Positions 25,738-33,302 of a stretch of DNA of 64,000 bases are shown piece by piece; position 1 is the stretch's first letter, and every line of letters starts with the position of its first letter. The notes beneath the pieces are model-generated. The model worked only from the letters and a program-made list of their open reading frames with translations. It searched no databases and was not told the origin of the DNA. Position numbers and translations under genes: made by a program. The DNA is from an uncultured bacterium. Its GTDB lineage: Bacteria; Patescibacteriota; Minisyncoccia; UBA6257; 2-01-FULL-56-20. The DNA lies in NCBI GenBank assembly GCA_963725235.1, contig CAVRXN010000002.1:378902-442901 (forward strand). Reading direction: 5' to 3'.

Positions 25738-26088
25738 ATGACCATCGACGAATTTAAAAACTGCGACCTGCGCGTCGGAAAAGTGATAACCGCCGAGCGC
25801 GTCGAAGGATCGGAGAAGTTGCTACGTTTGCAAATCGATCTTGGCGAAATAAATGGCTCCGGCGAAACCAGCGAACCGAAGTTGCGCCAAGTCCTTTCCG
25901 GAATCGGCAAAGTATATACGCCCGAAGAGATGGTCAACAAACAAGTCGTCATTATCGCCAACCTCGATCCGCGCATGATGATGGGATTCGAAAGCCAGGG
26001 TATGTTACTTGCGGCGAGTGGTGCCGATGGAAGACCCGTGATTTTAACGCCCGTGAGCGAAGTTGCACCCGGAACAAAAATCACATAG
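25738..26088 (+). CDS. tRNA-binding domain protein (CsaA / MetRS C-terminal-like)
   Basis: FKNCDLRVGKVITAERVEGSEKLLRLQIDLG ... ANLDPRMMMGFESQGMLLAA. Confidence 0.85.
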   Translation: MTIDEFKNCDLRVGKVITAERVEGSEKLLRLQIDLGEINGSGETSEPKLRQVLSGIGKVYTPEEMVNKQVVIIANLDPRMMMGFESQGMLLAASGADGRPVILTPVSEVAPGTKIT

Positions 26089-26096
26089 AATAAAAT

Positions 26097-26111
26097 TATT
26101 AAAAAATCATG
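26097..26111 (+). promoter_or_regulatory. -10 box abutting the start codon (TATTAA-N6-ATG)
   Basis: Hexamer at 26097-26102, ATG at 26109. Confidence 0.4.
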
Positions 26112-26600
26112 AAAAGAACTGTTTCGTTTATCTTATTCGCGATTATCGCAGTTGCACTCATTTGGTTCGGGGCATGGTATGATAATCAATCGACGGCATC
26201 GTCGAACCAACAGGAACTCGCGGCAGGTCAGGCAGCACAGCAAGTGCAAAATAATCTCATGGCAGAACTTACAATAAAAGATGATGTGGTTGGAACCGGA
26301 ACGGTCGCGCAGGCGGGCGACACGATTTCCGTTCTCTATACCGGTACGCTCGACAACGGAACAGTTTTTGATGCATCGTCGCTCCACGGCAACCAGCCAT
26401 TTTCGTTTACGCTCGGCGCCGGCCAAGTTATTCAGGGTTGGGATCTCGGCGTCGTTGGCATGAAAGTTGGCGGTACGCGCGAACTTATCATCCCTGCGAA
26501 TCTCGCCTACGGTAGCAGTTCGCCGTCTTCGGCGATCCCACCCGGTTCGACTTTACACTTCAAAATTCAGTTTCTTTCAGTTAGCTCGACCCCGCAGTAA
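26109..26600 (+). CDS. FKBP-type peptidyl-prolyl cis-trans isomerase with N-terminal membrane anchor
   Basis: VLYTGTLDNGTVFDAS ... FTLGAGQVIQGWDLGVVGMKVGGTRELIIP. Confidence 0.9.
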   Translation: MKRTVSFILFAIIAVALIWFGAWYDNQSTASSNQQELAAGQAAQQVQNNLMAELTIKDDVVGTGTVAQAGDTISVLYTGTLDNGTVFDASSLHGNQPFSFTLGAGQVIQGWDLGVVGMKVGGTRELIIPANLAYGSSSPSSAIPPGSTLHFKIQFLSVSSTPQ

Positions 26601-26616
26601 ACGCCGCGACGCCGAG

Positions 26617-26644
26617 TTGACAAGGTTTCTCAGTTTGCTACAAT
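26617..26644 (+). promoter_or_regulatory. rRNA promoter TTGACA-N16-TACAAT
   Basis: Consensus -35 at 26617-26622 and -10 at 26639-26644, ~170 nt upstream of the 16S 5' end. Confidence 0.65.
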
Positions 26645-26686
26645 AGACCCCGTGCCTGTAGCGACTGGAAGCCGCGATTTTTTTTC

Positions 26687-26704
26687 GAGAACTTTGATAA
26701 CAAT
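26687..26704 (+). promoter_or_regulatory. boxA-like antitermination element in the rRNA leader
   Basis: GAGAACTTTGATAACAAT resembles Gram-positive boxA (core CTTTGAAAAC). Confidence 0.35.
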
Positions 26705-26723
26705 AAATGAATTAAATTAGTAG

Positions 26724-26745
26724 AGAGTTTTTTAGTTGTCCCAAA
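26724..26745 (+). other. 5' strand of the 16S leader-trailer processing helix
   Basis: AGAGTTTTTTAGTTGTCCCAAA is complementary to 29285-29306, giving 22 bp with one G-U pair. Confidence 0.7.
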
Positions 26746-27844
26746 ATGTTTCTTTAGTTTGTTAGTGTTAGTCATTCGAACCCCTCGATCGAGGGTTTGA
26801 ATGCAAATTCAAATTCTTTTCAGAGGATTTGATCCTGGTCCAGGATGAACGCTGGCGGTGTGGATAAGGCATGCAAGTCGAGCGCCCCGCAAGGGGAGCG
26901 GCGAACGAGTTAGTAACACCCTGGTACGTACCTCGAAGTCGGGCATAGCTCGCCGAAAGGCGGGGTAATTCCCGATAGTCCCGCAAGGGTAAAGGTCGCA
27001 AGCCGCTTTGAGATCGGCCTAGGTCCGATCAGCTAGTTGGTAAGGTAACGGCTTACCAAGGCTATGACCGGTAGGGGAGGTGAGAGCCTGACCCCCACCG
27101 ACGAGACTGAGACACGGCTCGTACTCCTACGGGTGGCAGCAGTCGAGAATATTCGACAATGGGCGAAAGCCTGATCGAGCGACACCGCGTGCAGGATGAA
27201 GGCCTTCGGGTCGTAAACTGCGGTAGTATGAGTAACAATGCAAATGACGTGCCATATGGAAAGAGGTGGGTAACTACGTGCCAGCACCAGCGGTAATACG
27301 TAGACCTCAAGCGTTATCCGGATTTATTGGGCGTAAAGAGCATGTAGGAGGTTTTGCGCGTCTTTTGTTAAAGCCCACGGCCTAACCGTGGAACTGCAAG
27401 AGAAACGGCAGAACTAGAGGGGGTTAGAGGTGCATGGAACTCACGGTGTAGGGGTGAAATCCGTTGATATCGTGGGGAACACCAAAGGCGAAGGCAGTGC
27501 ACTGGGACCTTCCTGACTCTGAGATGCGAAAGCGTGGGGAGCAAAAAGGATTAGATACCCTTGTAGTCCACGCCCTAAACGATGTCTGTTTGCTGTTTCG
27601 AGTATCGACCCTCGGAGTGGCGTAGCTAACGCGTTAAACAGACCGCCTGGGAAGTACGGTCGCAAGGTTAAAACTCAAAGGAATAGACGGGGACTCGCAC
27701 AAGCGGTGGAACATGTGGTTTAATTCGATAGTAAGCGAGGAACCTTACCAGGGCTTGAAATGTACGTTGACGGGTCGATGGAAACGTTGCCCTTCTCACA
27801 AGGACAGTGTACGCAGGTGCTGCATGGTTGTCGTCAGCTCGTGC

Positions 27845-28739
27845 TTTGAACAACTTCGGAGCCTTCAGGAGTAATCTTGAAGTAAAATCTGGCTCATAAC
27901 GGGGGAACCGAGATATAATAAGTATTATGATTGGCAATCCCGTGGGAAGTTTGGAAGTTCCAACAATGCTTCGTGCAAGGAAAAACTTGAAGCTCGCGAT
28001 CAGCGAGCGGCAAAGGAATATTTTGATTGGTTGTGTATTGGGAGATGCATATATTTCTCCGAAAGGAAAAATCCGCATCGAACAATCTACAAAGCAATCT
28101 AAATATCTTTGGTGGAAATACGAAGAATTACATTCTTTAGCATATCCATCATTGCCGAGAGAAATTAAACACATTCACAAACCTACAGATCGAATTTATT
28201 CGTCGGAATTTTTTGATTTACGACAATATTTTCGACCATGGCGATCAATATTTTATCAAGGGAAAAAGATTTTTCCTGAAATGTTATTGATTGATTCGCT
28301 TTCATTAGCGGTATGGTATATGGATGATGGTTGCTGGACCGGTAAAAAATCGGTTATAGCAATAGAAGGATTTGATGATGAAAGCATCGAGAGAATCCAA
28401 CAAATGTTTCTAAATCATCTTGAAATAGAGACAATCGTTGGAAAGAATCGAAAACTTATCATCAGAAAAACCTCCCATGAATTATTTTATGGATTAATTT
28501 CTCCTTACATTATTCCTAGCATGCAGTATAAACTTCCAAACCCCGTAACGACTTATCCGAAAGGATGGAATGAGATTTTTGAATCTCATTAAAACGCCAG
28601 CTCCAGTGTAATGAAAATTACAGCTGGATGAAGGTATAGTCTGTGTTCTGTGAAACTTCGTTTCACGGATTGGTTCGCTCATCGAAAATGAAAATAAATT
28701 TTCATTTTCGCTTCGCTGCCAATCCTAAGAAATTTAGAA
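27845..28739 (+). mobile_element. Intervening sequence (intron-like) in 16S near E. coli position ~1075, encoding a homing endonuclease
   Basis: 16S collinearity breaks after CAGCTCGTGC and resumes at GGAAGTGTTCCCTTAAGTGGGGTAACGAGCGCAACCC. The insert is AT-rich. Boundaries are approximate (plus or minus 5 nt). Confidence 0.8.
27927..28592 (+). CDS. LAGLIDADG homing endonuclease (two-motif, monomeric type)
   Basis: ILIGCVLGDAYI and LAVWYMDDGCW motifs, located inside the 16S insertion. Confidence 0.85.
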   Translation: MIGNPVGSLEVPTMLRARKNLKLAISERQRNILIGCVLGDAYISPKGKIRIEQSTKQSKYLWWKYEELHSLAYPSLPREIKHIHKPTDRIYSSEFFDLRQYFRPWRSIFYQGKKIFPEMLLIDSLSLAVWYMDDGCWTGKKSVIAIEGFDDESIERIQQMFLNHLEIETIVGKNRKLIIRKTSHELFYGLISPYIIPSMQYKLPNPVTTYPKGWNEIFESH

Positions 28740-29284
28740 CGGAAGTGTTCCCTTAAGTGGGGTAACGAGCGCAACCCCTATTACGCGTTACAAGTGTCGC
28801 GTGAAACTGCCCCCGCTTTTGTCCGAGAGTGAATTCGACGATTGAATTCATAAACTCGCGGCCAGAAGCGGGGGAGGAAGGAGGGGATGACGTCAAATCA
28901 GCATGGCCCTTTGATGCCCTGGGCTACACACGTGTTACAATGGCGGTGACAATGGGTTGCCAACCCGCAAGGGGGAGCTAATCCCATCAAACATCGCCCC
29001 AGTTCGGATTGGGGGCTGCAACCTGCCCCCATGAAGCCGGAATCGCTAGTAATCGCAGATCAGCCACGCTGCGGTGAATACGTTCTCGAGTCCTGTACTC
29101 ACTGCCCGTCAACTCAAGGGAGCCGGTAATGGGCAAAATCTCTTTTCGGGATTAGTTCAAGATCGGTGACATGGAGTAAGTCGTAACAAGGCACCGGTAG
29201 CGGAAGCTGTCGCGTGGATCAATTAAACTACTACATCTAAGCAATGTAGTGGTGTCGCCAGCCAGACCAGTAGGGTCCGCTGAG

Positions 29285-29306
29285 TTTGGGGCAACTAAAA
29301 AACTCT
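29285..29306 (+). other. 3' strand of the 16S leader-trailer processing helix
   Basis: TTTGGGGCAACTAAAAAACTCT pairs with 26724-26745. Confidence 0.7.
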
Positions 29307-29324
29307 TTAGGTTTAGTGTGGGTA

Positions 29325-29342
29325 TGGTATAATGAAAACATG
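29325..29342 (+). promoter_or_regulatory. Extended -10 box abutting the start codon (TGgTATAAT-N6-ATG)
   Basis: TG at 29325-29326, TATAAT at 29328-29333, ATG at 29340. Confidence 0.5.
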
Positions 29343-29717
29343 CCTGACGGAATGAAAACTATTATGATCATAGAGGATGACCGGTTTTTATCATCGCTTA
29401 TGAAAGCACGCTTCGAAAAAGATGGATTTTCCATAATCCAGGCATTCGATGGCGAAGAAGCAATCCAGGTTTTTAAACAGCAAACGCCAAGTCTGATCAT
29501 TCTCGACCTCATCATGCCGAAAGTGACCGGCTTCGAGGTTTTGCAAACGATCTCGATCACGCCGCAATTGGAAAAAGTGCCGGTCGTCATTTTGTCGAAC
29601 CTCGCGCAGGATTCGGATATCGAAAAAGCGCGAGAGCTCGGTGCGAAGGAATATTTTGTAAAAGTTAAGGTTTCAATCGACGACCTCGTTGGCCGCGTCA
29701 AAACCCTGGTCGCGTAG
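29340..29717 (+). CDS. Receiver-only response regulator (CheY-like)
   Basis: IMIIEDD, acceptor Asp in LIILDLIMP, ILSN and a conserved Lys (FVKVK). The upstream part of ORF 29286.. covers the promoter. Confidence 0.85.
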   Translation: MPDGMKTIMIIEDDRFLSSLMKARFEKDGFSIIQAFDGEEAIQVFKQQTPSLIILDLIMPKVTGFEVLQTISITPQLEKVPVVILSNLAQDSDIEKARELGAKEYFVKVKVSIDDLVGRVKTLVA

Positions 29718-29779
29718 AAAAAGCTGGGCTGTCGAAGGCAGTTGCTTTTCTATGCCAAATCTGTTATTCTAACCCAATC

Positions 29780-30082
29780 ATGATTCCTGCAGATATAATG
29801 CAAAAAATAAAGCCGGGTGCGAAAGTGCGCGTCTTTGAAGGAAAAACCCCGTTCGAGGGGCTCGTTATCGCGCGTAAGCACGGTTCGGAAGCCGGTGCGA
29901 GCTTTACGGTCCGCTCGATCGTCGCTGGCGTCGGCGTCGAAAAAGTGTATCCGATCCACTCGCCGGCTATCGTAAAGCTCGAGGTTGTTTCCGCCCCGAA
30001 GAAAGTCGGCCGCTCGAAGCTCTATTTTGTCCGTACGATGTCGGGATCGCGCATTCGGCAGAAGCTTGACGTTTCGCTGTAA
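29780..30082 (+). CDS. rplS: 50S ribosomal protein L19
   Basis: FEGLVIARKHGSEAGASFTVRSIVAGVGVEKVYPIHSP ... RSKLYFVR. Confidence 0.9.
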   Translation: MIPADIMQKIKPGAKVRVFEGKTPFEGLVIARKHGSEAGASFTVRSIVAGVGVEKVYPIHSPAIVKLEVVSAPKKVGRSKLYFVRTMSGSRIRQKLDVSL

Positions 30083-30100
30083 TTATTAAAATAATATTAA

Positions 30101-30136
30101 AAACAAACCCCTTCCCACCGCGAAGGGGTTTGTTTT
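30101..30136 (+). terminator. Rho-independent terminator
   Basis: AAACAAACCCCTT-N9-AAGGGGTTTGTTT followed by T-rich sequence. Confidence 0.75.
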
Positions 30137-30166
30137 ATATCGTGAATCGTGTAAAATAGAACCACT

Positions 30167-31174
30167 ATGTTTGGCAAAAAAATCGGCATCGACTTGGGAA
30201 CGGCGAACACCGTTGTTTTTGTACCCGGCCGCGGATTTATCATCAATGAACCGACGATCGTCGCGCTGACACGTCCGGACAATGTCGTTCTCGCCGTCGG
30301 CCTCGAGGCAAAAGAAATGATCGGTCGGACGCCGGATGAAATCGTCGCATATCGGCCGTTGAAAGATGGCGTCATCGCCGACTACTATATTACGAAGGCG
30401 ATGCTGACGTACTTCATCTCGAAGGCGATCGGTTGGTTTAACATGATGAAACCCGATGTCGTCATCTCGGTTCCGGCGGGCATAACACAGACCGAGCGCC
30501 GCGCAGTCATGAACGCCGCGCGCGAAGCAGGCGCCGGCCAGGCATTCATTGTCCGCGAGCCGATCCTCGCCGCGCTCGGCGCCGGCATCCCGATCAACGC
30601 GCGCTCGGGCAACATGATCGTGAACATCGGCGGTGGCACATCCGAGCAAGCGGTCATCGCGCTCGGCAATATCGTTTCATGGAACTCGTTGCGAATCGCC
30701 GGCAACAAGTTCGACCACGCGATTATGGATTACGTTAAAAAGAAATACGCACTCGCGATCGGCGAGCAGACGGCGGAGACGGTCAAGATCGCGATCGGTT
30801 CTGCGCTGCCGACGAAGGAGAAAATGGAATATCAAATTCGTGGGCGTGACCTTGTAACCGGCCTCCCAAAGGATATTACGATAACATCAAACGAGATTGC
30901 CGAAGCACTTAATCCGCTTTTAATAGAAATCGCGCACTCGATCCAAAACGTTTTTAACGTCACCCCACCCGAACTCGTCGCCGATATTATGGAAAAGGGC
31001 ATCATCCTGTCCGGCGGCAGCGTCCAGCTGCATCATTTGCCAGAATTCCTCGAACGCTTTTTAGGCGTCCAGGCCTACGTCGCCGAGGATCCGTTATTCT
31101 GCGTTGCAAAGGGGACTGGTTTGATTCTGAATCATTTGGATACATATAAGAGGACGTTGCTGAATAAGAGGTAA
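30167..31174 (+). CDS. mreB: Rod shape-determining protein MreB (copy 1)
   Basis: IGIDLGTANTVVF, NEPTIVAL, actin-fold phosphate and adenosine motifs, 335 aa. Confidence 0.9.
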   Translation: MFGKKIGIDLGTANTVVFVPGRGFIINEPTIVALTRPDNVVLAVGLEAKEMIGRTPDEIVAYRPLKDGVIADYYITKAMLTYFISKAIGWFNMMKPDVVISVPAGITQTERRAVMNAAREAGAGQAFIVREPILAALGAGIPINARSGNMIVNIGGGTSEQAVIALGNIVSWNSLRIAGNKFDHAIMDYVKKKYALAIGEQTAETVKIAIGSALPTKEKMEYQIRGRDLVTGLPKDITITSNEIAEALNPLLIEIAHSIQNVFNVTPPELVADIMEKGIILSGGSVQLHHLPEFLERFLGVQAYVAEDPLFCVAKGTGLILNHLDTYKRTLLNKR

Positions 31175-31177
31175 AGT

Positions 31178-32011
31178 ATGATCGGCCATCAGAAAATCTT
31201 TGATGATCTGCAAAGCCTTAATGACCGGGGCTCACTCGGCCACGGTTATATTTTCCACGGGCCATCGATGGTGGGTAAAAAGCTCGCGGCGATCGAGTTT
31301 GCCAACTATCTAGAAAATGGAGTATTCGAGTCGGATAGTGGCCGCATCCTCTCCGACATGATGCTCGTCGAACCAGTCGGCAATGGTTCGATCGGAATCG
31401 ATGCGGTTCGCGAGATTAGGAATTTCCTCTGGCAAAAACCGAACGCAAGCTCGAGGCGAACCTTGATTATTGACGACGCGGAACTCGCAACAACCGAGGC
31501 GCAGAATGCGTTATTAAAAATTACCGAAGAACCACCGGTCTCGTCGCTGTTAATTTTAATAACATCCGACATAGAAAGTATTTTGCCGACGATTGCCTCG
31601 CGCTTGCCAAAAATATATTTTGGGACAGTGCCCGAAAAGGAAATTGCGACATGGCTAAAAGATCCGAAAACAGCAAAAAAAGCGGCAGGGAAACCGGGGC
31701 TCGCATGGCGATTGCTCCACGACGAAGATTTTCAAGAGCAGCTCACCCTGGCCGAAAAAGTCCTAAAATCACCCGCACCAACGCGCCGAGATCTTATTAA
31801 AAAAATATTAGAACCGGAAGATTTCAATTTCAGAAAGTTTTTGGATGCGATCATTTTGCAGCTGGCATGGCGCGAACAAACCAGGGCAGTGGCAGCGACC
31901 CAACAAGCAGCCGCACCGCTCTGGCATAAGGCGCTCGCGCTCTACGACCGCGAAACAAATTTTTCGTTAAACCCGCGGCTGCAACTTGAGGCGTTATTGG
32001 CGGGTGTTTAA
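31178..32011 (+). CDS. holB: DNA polymerase III delta-prime subunit
   Basis: GHGYIFHGPSMVGKK (P-loop-like), IIDDAE and TEAQNALLKITEEPP. Confidence 0.8.
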   Translation: MIGHQKIFDDLQSLNDRGSLGHGYIFHGPSMVGKKLAAIEFANYLENGVFESDSGRILSDMMLVEPVGNGSIGIDAVREIRNFLWQKPNASSRRTLIIDDAELATTEAQNALLKITEEPPVSSLLILITSDIESILPTIASRLPKIYFGTVPEKEIATWLKDPKTAKKAAGKPGLAWRLLHDEDFQEQLTLAEKVLKSPAPTRRDLIKKILEPEDFNFRKFLDAIILQLAWREQTRAVAATQQAAAPLWHKALALYDRETNFSLNPRLQLEALLAGV

Positions 32012-32059
32012 GCTCGTACCGGAACAAGTGTATAATAGAGTGAAAGAGTTAACGAAGGA

Positions 32060-32833
32060 ATGTCCCAACCCTATCTTTCCATTATCGTTCCCGCCTACAA
32101 CGAGGCGGAGCGGATTCCGAAGTCGCTGCTTGATATGGATAAGCGGCTTGAGCATGCGTCATATTCTTATGAAATTGTCGTCGTAAACGATGGTTCAACG
32201 GATAATACGGCGGCGATCGTTCGCAATCTAACAAAAGCGATAAAAAACCTGAAGCTGATCGACCTGACCGAAAATAGCGGCAAAGGTGGAACGGTCAGGC
32301 AGGGCATGTTGCTATCGGCCGGCAAGATCCGAATTTTTACCGACGCCGACAACTCGACATCAATCGACCAGTTCGAAAAAATGATGCCGTTCTTTAAAGA
32401 AGGCTACGATGTCGTCATCGGTTCGCGAGCCGTCAAAGGCGCTGAGCTCGATCCACCGGAATCATGGTACCGGCAGATTGCCGGCAAAATATTAAATCTT
32501 TTGGTGCAAGCATTGTTGCTGCCCGGGATCTGGGATACGCAGTGCGGTTTTAAGGCATTCACGCAGGAATCAGCGGAGAAGATATTTAAAATCTCAAGCA
32601 TATCCGGCTGGGGTTTTGACTTTGAAATTTTATCAATCGCAAGGAAGATGGGATATCGAATAAAAGAAGTTCCCGTACATTGGGTTGACGCTGCGGGTTC
32701 ACACATGACCTTGTCGGGCGGTTTGCAATTCCTCCGGGATATCGCTATAATTCGCTGGAGGTTGTGGCGGGGTGACTATGCTGCCGCGACCGATAAAGCC
32801 GCAAACGATGCGGCTCAAAATAAACTACCATGA
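32060..32833 (+). CDS. Family 2 glycosyltransferase (polyprenyl-phosphate sugar transferase-like)
   Basis: LSIIVPAYNE, VVNDGSTDNT and TDADNS. Confidence 0.85.
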   Translation: MSQPYLSIIVPAYNEAERIPKSLLDMDKRLEHASYSYEIVVVNDGSTDNTAAIVRNLTKAIKNLKLIDLTENSGKGGTVRQGMLLSAGKIRIFTDADNSTSIDQFEKMMPFFKEGYDVVIGSRAVKGAELDPPESWYRQIAGKILNLLVQALLLPGIWDTQCGFKAFTQESAEKIFKISSISGWGFDFEILSIARKMGYRIKEVPVHWVDAAGSHMTLSGGLQFLRDIAIIRWRLWRGDYAAATDKAANDAAQNKLP

Positions 32834-33288
32834 GCAAACAATACCTGACCCAAGAGCGCTTGGATGAGCTGAAAGTGGAATTGGATGAGTTGAAAAATAA
32901 AAAGCGGCAGGAGGTTGCGTTGCGCTTAAAAACCGCGAAAGAGTACGGCGATCTTTCGGAAAATTCGGAATACGTCGAAGCGCGCGAAGAGCAGGCGAAC
33001 GTTGAAGCGCGCATTTTCGAACTTGAAGAGTTGATGAAAGAAGTCGTCACGATAAAAACCGGCGAAGGCGGCGATATCGTCAGTGTCGGTTCCGTCGTTA
33101 CCGTAAAAAAAGGCGACAAGACCGTGACGTACACAATCGTCGGTTCATACGAAGCGAAGCCGGAAGAAGGGCGCATCTCGGATGAGTCACCGCTCGGCAA
33201 AGCGTTTCTCGGCAAGAAAGTCGGCGACATGGTTTCAGTCACGACACCCGGCGGTGCGATGAAGTACGAAGTATTAAAAATTGGTTAA
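32830..33288 (+). CDS. greA: Transcription elongation factor GreA (canonical copy)
   Basis: YGDLSENSEYVEAREEQ coiled-coil tip and ISDESPLGKAFLGKKVGD. Its ATG overlaps the upstream stop (ATGA). Confidence 0.9.
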   Translation: MSKQYLTQERLDELKVELDELKNKKRQEVALRLKTAKEYGDLSENSEYVEAREEQANVEARIFELEELMKEVVTIKTGEGGDIVSVGSVVTVKKGDKTVTYTIVGSYEAKPEEGRISDESPLGKAFLGKKVGDMVSVTTPGGAMKYEVLKIG

Positions 33289-33302
33289 ATGTTACCCGCG
33301 CA

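Larger units (their letters stand above)
26815..29229 (+). rRNA. 16S rRNA gene, interrupted by a ~0.9-kb insertion and carrying a ~50-nt expansion
   Basis: Conserved blocks run from GATTTGATCCTGGTCCAGGATGAACGCTGGCGG through GTGCCAGCACCAGCGGTAATAC, GGATTAGATACCC, GCTGCATGGTTGTCGTCAGCTCGTG, AACGAGCGCAACCC and GAATACGTTC to AAGTCGTAACAAGG...GGATCA. The ends are approximate (plus or minus 5 nt). Confidence 0.95.

Noticed and set aside
25715-25740. ATTAAAAAATC followed by in-frame ATT (25726), 12 nt upstream of the csaA-like ATG, suggesting a possible non-AUG leaderless start. The same motif plus ATT occurs at 54011-54024.
   Set aside because: Leaderless translation normally needs AUG. ATG 25738 gives a normal N-terminus, so this is more simply a promoter with a 12-nt leader. 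The 54011 copy overlaps a stop codon and precedes only a 15-codon frame.
26773-26803. GGTTCGAAT-like T-loop string and imperfect palindrome CATTCGAACCCCTCGATCGAGGGTTTGAATG, considered as a possible tRNA
   Set aside because: No acceptor, D or anticodon arms can be drawn. It is a hairpin in the 16S leader.
26768-28174. ORFs 26768..27001, 27033..27287, 27062..27310, 27441..27665 and 27668..28174 (minus strand)
   Set aside because: They lie inside or antisense to the 16S rRNA gene and its insertion, so they are spurious.
29083-29110. Substitutions in the 16S decoding-centre block (TACTCACTGCCCGTCAACTC versus E. coli TACACACCGCCCGTCACACC)
   Set aside because: The differences are visible in the sequence. 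However, I cannot assign exact E. coli numbering or judge compensatory changes by eye, so I do not claim a functional change. It needs a structural alignment.
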